From Eledone cirrhosa (taxonomy: Eukaryota): DNA of 64,000 bases. Positions 54,410 to 64,000 of the stretch are shown one piece after another. Both the position numbers and the translations under genes were made by a program. The notes beneath the pieces are model-generated. The model did no database searches and was not told the DNA's origin. It was given only the letters and a program-made list of their open reading frames with translations. The stretch is taken from positions 30,566,001-30,630,000 of the forward strand of contig OZ024752.1 of the NCBI GenBank assembly GCA_964016885.1, given 5' to 3'. The stretch's first letter is position 1; every line of letters starts with the position of its first letter.

Positions 54410-55029
54410 TATATATACTTATATATACATACACACATACATACACATACATATAATACATACATATATATATATATATATACATACTTATTTATACATA
54501 CACACATACATATATATGTGTGTGTGTGTTAAGTGGATCCCTCTACTAAATTCATAAAAATATTTATAAAATAAATATATATGTATATAAATATGTGTGT
54601 GTTAAATGGATCCCTTCACTAAATATTTTATATAAATATAAATAAATATGTATATGTGTGTATGTGTGTGTGTATGTATATATATATATATATGTGTGTG
54701 TGTGTATACATAGAGTATTAATTCTTTGCTCTAAATATATAAAAGGTGGTTATTCTATAGTTAGTAGGTATTCCCTTATTTAAATATGATGCAATGTTAA
54801 CATCTATGTCTTTATCTCTATTCCTTTATTTATCTTTCTCTCTCTTTATTTATTTATCTTTATCTTTATCTTTGATTCTTTTTTTCTCTCTCTATGTCTC
54901 TTTATTTCACTCAATCTCATTCTTTATTTATTTCTGCTTCTGTCTGTCTCTCTCTCTGTATTTCTTATCCTCCAGCCTGAGGAGAGTTCCAGTGAATACT
55001 TTAATAAAATAGGTTGGTGTTTTTGTTTT

Positions 55030-55387
55030 GGTTGCGTTTCTAAAAAAGCGCCCCCTCTTCCTTCGTCAATCTCATACGTTAATGCCCATATTTAGAGTGT
55101 AGGTAATTTTAATATTAAGTAGGTAGCTCCATATAAGGAGACGTTGTTTAGTATCAACCAATGAGAAGGCTCCAATCTAAAGGTAAACAAATGAGTGGTG
55201 CTGCTGCTGTTATTATTAATGTTGATATTGTTGTTGTTGTGGTGGCCATCATCATCTTGGGTTGTATGTTGCCAGTTGTGAGCAGTCTTTACTGAAAACA
55301 AACAAACGCAAATACTTTGAACATTTTCCTCAAAACCTAATTTATATAAAACATTCGTTTGTGATCTCAACTTCCATTAAGGTAAAT
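55030..55387 (+). promoter_or_regulatory. Possible promoter and non-coding first exon
   Basis: Unique sequence with two CCAAT boxes (~55158, ~55172), forkhead-like gtaaacaa, and donor-like aag|gtaaat at 55381. Confidence 0.25.
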
Positions 55388-55919
55388 TACAACCATATAT
55401 TTTCATTCCAGCTAGTGCTTTTTATTTTTTTTCACAAGAGAGAAAAAAAAATTATATCTATTTTAATTGTTGATATATATTTATATATATTTTATATTTA
55501 TTCCCTATTTTGTTTATAATTCACAATGGTAACCGTTTTTTGTTTTTGTTTTTATCAATGCCAGCTCTCTATGTCTTCTTCTTTATACTGCTAGCTTCCC
55601 TAATAGAAAATGTAATTTAAATCAGTGCCTCAAGAGTTGTGGGGAGATGTCCCTATCATAAATTCTACGTTCGGAAAATATTTTGAAAATATTCTTGATT
55701 CTTGTTTCATCATATATTTCGGACAGCCCAAGGTCAGAGAAGGGGGGGAAGGGGCAAGAGACAGAAAGAGAGAGAGAGAGAAGTGCGTCAGATTTTTTTT
55801 TTTTTTTTGCGTGTGTATGTTTACATCTAACACACACACATGTATGTGTGTGTGTATACACACATAAATGTATATATAAAGATGCATATATATATGTATA
55901 TATAAATGTATGTGATCCT

Positions 55920-56006
55920 ATATATGTATATGTATATATATGTGTGTATATATGTGTGTATATATATGTGTGTGTATATATATGTGTGTGTGTGTATATA
56001 TATATA

Positions 56007-56037
<31 letters not shown>

Positions 56038-56194
56038 ATATATATATGTGTGTGTGTATATATATATATGTGTGTGTGTGTATATATATGTGTGTGTGTG
56101 TATATATATGTGTGTGTGTGTATATATATGTGTGTGTGTGTGTATATATATGTGTGGGTATGTATATATGTGTGTGTGTGTATATATATATATA

Positions 56195-56243
<49 letters not shown>

Positions 56244-56278
56244 ATATATATGTGTGGGTATGTATATATGTGTGTGTG

Positions 56279-56313
<35 letters not shown>

Positions 56314-56324
56314 ATATATATATA

Positions 56325-56371
<47 letters not shown>

Positions 56372-56385
56372 ATATATATATATAG
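55920..56385. repeat. Compound (TG)n/(TA)n microsatellite
   Basis: Direct inspection. Confidence 0.95.
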
Positions 56386-56674
56386 TAATGTTGAGATTAT
56401 TTTTCTGTTAATCAGATTTTCCGTTTTTACTGTTATTGACGTAAAGCGAAACTGTGGGTAGATACAATGAGTGGAACTAATCTTGACACTACAATATAAA
56501 TATTTCCACCCAACTTTCGTCTTCAGTACTTTTTCCTCTTGTTTGTAAACACAGGCAGACATGACTGTGTATATAAAGAGAGAGAATTGTATGTATATAC
56601 ACAAATACACATAATTACACATACAGATAGTTGATAACAATTATAAGAGTCGAGCGGAAGATGCGACTTAATTA

Positions 56675-56718
<44 letters not shown>

Positions 56719-57569
56719 CTTGATAGATATATAGATAGTGAGAGAGATAGCTAGATAGATAGAGTGAGAGATAAATAGAACGATAGATAGAGTGAGAGAG
56801 AACTAGGTAGGTAGATAGATAGATAAAGATAGACAGATAGATAGACTGATAGATATATTTCTTTATTAGCCACAAGGGCACAAAAGAAGGGGACAGACAT
56901 ATAGATAGATAGACTGATAGATAGAGAATGGGTGAGAGAGAAATAAAGTAAGAAATAAATAGATAAAGAGTGGGAGAAAGAGAGTTTAAATTTACTAGCA
57001 AGAATTTTAATGGTAAATATAATACGATTTAAAAACAAAGTAAGATAAAAACTGTTTACAATAATTTCATTCATGGATTTAATATAAACGTCATTTTTCT
57101 AGAGGTTGCTTAGTTTTAAACGACGAAGATCAGCTGATAGATTTGACATTAAGCAAGTACCTGCTCACAATTTTATTATTGTTTCCGTTGATAGCAAAAG
57201 ACTGCAACTTCTCAAATTGGATCGAGTATCCAACGTACTCTGCAAAATCACAATGGCCTTTTAAAAATATGTTGTTTATTTCTTTAAATTATCTTAGAAT
57301 TATAATTTTTGTTTAATATTTTATTTACTTTGAAAATGTATTTTATATTGACGTTTTAAAATCTTTCCTTCGGTTAGACAATAAATCGTTTGTCCTCATT
57401 TTTTTCCTTCAATCTAACAGTTCGCATTAATCAAAATAGAAATCCAGTTGAATACATATACAGTTATTTAGTTTTGTTTATATATGTGTGTGCGTGTATA
57501 TATATTGGAATACTGTTTGCTTCTTGCTCACAATAATTTCTATACTTTTCATTTATATATATATACACG

Positions 57570-57646
<77 letters not shown>

Positions 57647-57849
57647 GCACACATATATATACGCACACGCACATATATATATATATATAATAGTTGTATC
57701 TACTTAAGGCACAAGACCAGCAATTTGGTGGAGGAGAAAGTCGTATATATATATATATATAATAGTGATATATATATATATATTTGTATTCCAAGTGAAA
57801 AGATTTGCTTTAAATGACGTGTTATGACAACAAACATCTCCTTCATAAA

Positions 57850-58401
57850 CTGTCCCTTTTATATATACACCCACTGTTGTACTCTGTCTTCTTCATATAT
57901 ATATATAACCACTGTTGTACTCTAACTATCCCCTTCACATATATACAGCCACTGTTGTACTCTAACTGTCCCCTTCACATATATATAGCCACTGTTGTAC
58001 TCTGACTGTCCCCTTCACATATAAGCCCACTGGTACTCTAACTGTCTTCACATATATATAACCACCGCTGTACTCTAACTGTCCCCTTCACAAATATATA
58101 ACCACTGTTGTACTCTAACTGTCCCCTTCACATATATACAGCCACTGTTGTACTCTAACTGTCCCCTTCACATATATACAGCCACTGTTGTACTCTAACT
58201 GTCCCATTCACATATATAAACCCATTGTTGTACTCTAACTGTCCCCTTCACATATAAACCCACTGTTGTACTCTAACTGCCTCCTTCATATATATATAAC
58301 CACTGTTGTACTCTAACTGTCCCCTTCACATATATACAGCCACTGTTGTACTCTAACTCTCCCCTTCACATATATATAGCCACTGTTGTACTCTAACTGT
58401 C
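57850..58401. repeat. 40-bp minisatellite, ~14 copies
   Basis: Unit gccactgttgtactctaactgtccccttcacatatataca. Confidence 0.93.
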
Positions 58402-58563
58402 AAAATATCAAACCTGCAACAATGACTCAGTCGAGGCCGACACTTACACTCAGCACTCACACTCTCACCACTGACAGCTGATTGTCAAGTCTTACTCACA
58501 ATATGTCCCATACTATTAAAGAAAGGGCTGGGCAAACAACGCATTACTTCTCTCTCCCTCTCT

Positions 58564-58600
<37 letters not shown>

Positions 58601-59399
58601 TTAGTGTTTATACATATATATATATATGTGTATATATATGTACATGTATATATGTGTTTGTGCATATATATATTGATATATATGTATATATGTGTGTGTG
58701 TGTGTGCGTGCGTATATGAGAGAGAGATGGTGGTAATATATTTATCATATAAACATCCAAAATATTTTCTCAAAACACTACCTCCGTCTCAGCGAGTTGT
58801 GGTCGTAACTAACCTAAACTTCCAGTTTTACCAAACCAAAATATTATTGAAATACAAACGTCATAAGAAAGGTTTAGTGGTATAAACTACTGTATTGTTA
58901 AGAATGGTAAGTGCCAGTGATGGTGGGTTTGGGATCTTAGAATGGGCTTTTGTTATGATTAATAGTTACTGATTTAGGCACAAAGCCAACAATTTTGGGG
59001 GAAAGGGGAAAGTCGATTAAATCGACCCAAGTGTGTTACTGGTACTTTATTTTATCGACTCCGTTAGGATGAAAGGCAATGCTTTTATTATAAATAAAAG
59101 GCAAGGTTTTTTTTTTTTTTATTAATAACGATATAATGATTTTATTTGAAATGAAAATCTAGTAATGGATTATTTTTTATTTATTTATTCATTGTTAAAT
59201 TAATAATAGAGCTTGTTGGTGTGGTGTCAATAAAAGGTGAAAGGAAGGAAAGCCACGTAAATGAATACAAGTGGCTGGTCTGGTGCAATTAGACAACAAA
59301 TATTGATGGCTAAATGAAGGGATGATTGGATAAAGTAAACGAGAAGACTTTTACAACACAAACACCTGTGTATGTATGTATGTATGTGTATGTATGTGT

Positions 59400-59709
59400 A
59401 TATATATGTATATATATATATCTATATCTATATATATATATCTATATATATATCTATATATATATCTATATATATATCTATATATATATCTATATATATA
59501 TCTATATATATATCTATATATATATCTATATATATATATATATATCTATATATATATCTATATATATATATCTATATATATATCTATATATATCTATATC
59601 TATATATCTATATCTCTCTATATATATATATATCTATATCTATATATCTATATATCTATATATATATCTATATATCTATATATATCTATATATCTATCTA
59701 TATCTCTAT

Positions 59710-59740
<31 letters not shown>

Positions 59741-59748
59741 TATATATA
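59400..59748. repeat. (TA)n/(TATC)n microsatellite
   Basis: Direct inspection. Confidence 0.95.
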
Positions 59749-60058
59749 ATCAACTGAACGTTAGCTTATATAATATTAATGTAGTAATATAATAGTTGGT
59801 ACAATTCTATTGACTATCGACAAGGCAATTATTTAAATTAACTGAGGTTGATTGCTTTATCAGAAATGTATCAATCATATATAAGTGAGTTTGTTCTCTC
59901 TTCTCTCACTCACTCGTCTCCCCCACATCTCTCTCTACCTCCCTCATTCTCTCAACCTCTTTATATATATATGAATATGTATATATGTATGAATATGTAT
60001 ATATATATATGTATGAATATGTATATATATATATGTATGTATATGTATATATATATAT

Positions 60059-60248
60059 AACGAAGGAAATGTGGTAAGGAACCAGATGGACCATAACGCA
60101 CCAAAGTACTCAATACTTAGGGTAGTAGAGTGGGTAATAGGAACGAGTAGGACCCCGACGGCTGAGCTCAAGCCGTTTCGACGGCTAATTCTGGTCCAGA
60201 ATTAGCCGTCGAAACGGCTTGAGCTCAGCCGTCGGGGTCCTACTCGTT

Positions 60249-60253
<5 letters not shown>
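60059..60253 (-). mobile_element. 5'-truncated HHR-bearing element ending in a near-perfect 117-bp palindrome
   Basis: 60137-60253 palindrome; each arm has GAAA-cggct/agccg-TC-ggggt but no CTGANGA half; (TA)n on both sides. Confidence 0.65.
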
Positions 60254-60290
<37 letters not shown>

Positions 60291-60924
60291 GTGTGTGTAT
60301 TGTGTGTATGTATAATACATGTTTATAAATTATTATTCTTCACAAAATATTTTCCACTTTGGAAGAAAAATACTCAGTGACGCCTGCTGCATGAAAACTT
60401 AATAGCAAAGTGGAGGTCAGCATACTTGATGTCATAACATAGGAAATAGTAATTAAAATCATTAAGCAGATGACTAATTCTGTCTAAAAGACGTAAGCTA
60501 CCTCAGAATTTTAATTAAATACAATTAATTATGAAATACACTGGGGAGTGACTCTGAAATTTGACAAACTCCAGGCTTCAGTCTTCTTAAACTTCTTTTA
60601 CCGTACCGCCATACCTTTAGTTTAAACGGTGGCTGTAAATATTAGATGACTAACAAGGTGTATAAGATGTATATTTGTGTGTATAAACACAGCGACGTTG
60701 TTATAACTCACGAATGACTGGGAGATGGAGCTGGGAATGAATACCTAGGGACTCAAGCTGCATGGAAACTTCATAGTAAAGTGGTGGGTGCTGGCATATA
60801 TGATGTAATAAAGCAATATACATACATCTCAATGAAATAAAATAAGATCTGTATCTGTGTCATATATATACTAGATGGCCCAGCTACCATTGGCGTGTTC
60901 TTCGGCATCCAGATATATATATAT

Positions 60925-61828
60925 ATAGCTGACGCACCTAGCTTCGCTTGGATAAACAGACGATAAGCCGTCTGTGTAGTATATTATTACTGTTGAAAAT
61001 ATATAGTATAGTATTACTGTTGAAAATATATAGTATAGTATTACTGTTGAAAATATATAGTATAGTATTACTGTTGAAAATATATAGTATAGTATTACTG
61101 TTGAAAATATATAGTATAGTATTACTGTTGAAAATATATAGTACAGTATTACTGTTGAAAATATATAGTATAGTATTACTGTTGAAAATATATAGTATAG
61201 TATTACTGTTGAAAATATATAGTACAGTATTACTGTTGAAAATATATAGTATAGTATTACTGTTGTAAATATATAGTACAGTATTACTGTTGAAAATATA
61301 TAGTATAGTATTACTGTTGAAAATATATAGTATAGTATTACTGTTGAAAATATATAGTATAGTATTACTGTTGAAAATATATAGTATAGTATTACTGTTG
61401 AAAATATATAGTATAGTATTACTGTTGTAAATATATAGTACAGTATTACTGTTGAAAATATATAGTATAGTATTACTGTTGAAAATATGTACACGTATAT
61501 ATAATTAATTAAAAGGTGGTTAGAAGCGAAGTCAATGCAGACATACAGACAGATATTATAAGGGTGCGACGGTATAGCTATGTATCTATCTAAAAAGACA
61601 GACTAAAAAAAAGAGAGAACGCTAACCGGAAGTGTTGATATTTGAACATTTTAAAGAAGTGAATGTTTAAATAAACAATAAAATATCTTTAATCTTTTAA
61701 CTAAATTTAGTAGGCAAAAATACCCTAACTTTCTTACTTGGAAAAAGTTACATCTATGGTGCTGATTGGTCCAGCCGTTTGGCGAAAAGTTTGTTACATA
61801 CATACGGCCGTCAGCTTTATAATATAGA
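60925..61828 (-). mobile_element. Non-autonomous Helitron D with an internal 27-bp satellite
   Basis: Minus strand starts A|TCtatattataaagctg; degenerate 3' hairpin ccaagcgaagctagg then CTAT; 61535-61625 homologous to 23285-23390 of Helitron A. Confidence 0.65.
60975..61490. repeat. 27-bp minisatellite, ~19 copies
   Basis: Unit tagtatagtattactgttgaaaatata. Confidence 0.95.
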
Positions 61829-62076
61829 TACATTCACACGCACACACACACATATATATACATATGTGTATGTATATATACATATGTGTATATATATATA
61901 TATACATATGTGTATATATATATATATATGCATACACATGCATACAAGATCTATCACTGACAGTTCTACAGTCAGCAGGTACCTAAGTACATGTGGGGGA
62001 GGGAGAGTACTTAGAATCGTGTGCATATATGCATATAAACATATATACATACATACCTACACACACATCAGCAGGC

Positions 62077-62133
<57 letters not shown>

Positions 62134-62141
<8 letters not shown>

Positions 62142-62466
62142 AAAAAGGGATGAAATCGAAAATGCAACTGAAGTCTTATTTTTTTTTAAAATATATATAT
62201 TTATTTGGTTCCTTTACCGGTTTCGCAGTTCTTCTGCTTTTCAAAAGGTGAGTTGAGATGGAGGGTCTGTAAACCACAGACCCTCCATCTCAACTCACCT
62301 TTTGAAAAGCAGAAGAACTGCGAAACCGGTAAAGGAACCAAATAAATATATATATTTTTAAAAAAAATAAGACTTCAGTTGCATTTTCGATTTCATCCCT
62401 TTTTCTTTATACTTCCACTCGTGTAGGACACCTCGGTTATTTTTCATTTTGTAAAAAAAACCTCAC

Positions 62467-62473
<7 letters not shown>
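62134..62473 (+). mobile_element. Family D element with ~135-bp fold-back arms, in (TA)n
   Basis: 62134-62270 is the reverse complement of 62276-62411 (loop aaacc); 62270-62473 matches 15426-15630. Confidence 0.85.
62298..62335 (+). ncRNA. Minimal hammerhead ribozyme with U3:A8 variant core (inverse copy at 62211-62248)
   Basis: cctt-TTGAAAA-gcag-aagaa-ctgc-GAAA-ccgg-TA-aagg; palindromic stem III ACCGGU. Confidence 0.7.
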
Positions 62474-62526
<53 letters not shown>

Positions 62527-62657
62527 GAAATGTAAATATGTAAATGAAAAGTATAGAAATTATTATGAGCAAGAAGCACACAGTATTTCATTATATATAA
62601 AAATAAAGTACCAGTAATGTACTGGTTTATTGATGGCCTTGTGCCAGAAGTAAAAAC

Positions 62658-62698
<41 letters not shown>

Positions 62699-63179
62699 GC
62701 CTGCTGATGTAAGACACCTGTCAGTAATAGATCTTATAACCGAATTTATCAGTTATTCATTGTTGCTAAAATATATCCTGGCCAACATCCCAAGGTCTGT
62801 CGGAGTTAACATATTTTTATATTCATCCATCTTTTTTAAATATATATTTTTGTCAACCTTATTCTAAAAGAATGTGTTACGTAATTGCTTTCTCGATTCA
62901 GAGCGTTGATATATATATAACGAAGGAAAGGACGTTGCTGGTTGTTGGTGGTTGCTAGTTATTTACGATATAATTTAGTGCTCAAACCTACATATGCTAT
63001 CTACCCACAGTAGAAGTGATCTTACTGAAATGATGTGATATACTAACAATTACATCTAGAATAGAATAAATGACGAGGTCACAAGCTCAAAAATAAACCT
63101 TAAGACGGTCTCTCTCTCTCACTCTCTCTCTCTTTCTCTCTCACTATATATATATATACACATACATACTTATATGTAT

Positions 63180-63391
63180 ATATATATGCACTGTATATAT
63201 ATATATATATATGCACTGTATATGTATATATATATATGCACTGTATATATATGTATATATATATATATATGCACTGTGTATGTATATATATATATGCACT
63301 GTATATGTATATATATATATGCACTGTATATGTATATATATGCACTGTATATGTATATATATGCACTGTATATGTATATATATATGCACTG

Positions 63392-63422
<31 letters not shown>

Positions 63423-63428
63423 GCACTG

Positions 63429-63460
<32 letters not shown>

Positions 63461-63916
63461 TATGCACTGTATATATATATATGCACTGTATATATATATA
63501 TGCACTGTATATATATATATATGCACTGTATATATATATATATATGCACTGTATATATATATATGTATATATATATATATGCACTGTATATGTATATATA
63601 TATATGCACTGTATATGTATATATATATATATATGTATATGCACTGTATATGTATATATATGTATATGCACTGTATATGTATATATATGTATATGCACTG
63701 TATATGTATATATATGTATATGCACTGTATATGTATATATATGTATATGCACTGTATATGTATATATATGTATATGCACTGTATATATATATATATGCAC
63801 TGTATATGTATATATATATATATGCACTGTATATGTATATATATATATATGCACTGTATATGTATATATATATATATGCACTGTATATGTATATATATAT
63901 ATATGCACTGTATATG

Positions 63917-63948
<32 letters not shown>

Positions 63949-64000
63949 TATGCACTGTATATGTATATATATATATGCATATATATATATATATATATGC
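63180..64000. repeat. TA-rich minisatellite with a recurring tgcactgta core
   Basis: atatgcactgtatat units separated by variable (TA)n. Confidence 0.93.

Noticed and set aside
63180-64000. Constant tgcactgta motif with variable spacers
   Set aside because: Spacers are only (TA)n length variants caused by slippage

Overview
AT-rich, repeat-saturated animal genomic DNA; the SINE and microsatellite content suggests an octopus or other coleoid cephalopod (inference). Host coding content is small: one clear exon with furin-like Cys-rich repeats plus a transmembrane helix (2588-2968) and a probable terminal exon (3934-4025). The rest is minisatellites and microsatellites, RTE-LINE fragments, two SINE groups, piggyBac-like and Tc1/mariner-like MITEs, four non-autonomous Helitrons, and a 5'-truncated Penelope-like element (PLE; RT + GIY-YIG) with long inverted arms. 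Nearly all long ORFs in the supplied track are repeat artefacts. The main unannotated signal is about 15 type I hammerhead ribozyme (HHR) motifs in several short element families. They mostly sit in (TA)n tracts and often form fold-back palindromes; one group, shared with the PLE arms, has a U3:A8 variant core. All motifs were identified by eye and repeat boundaries are approximate.
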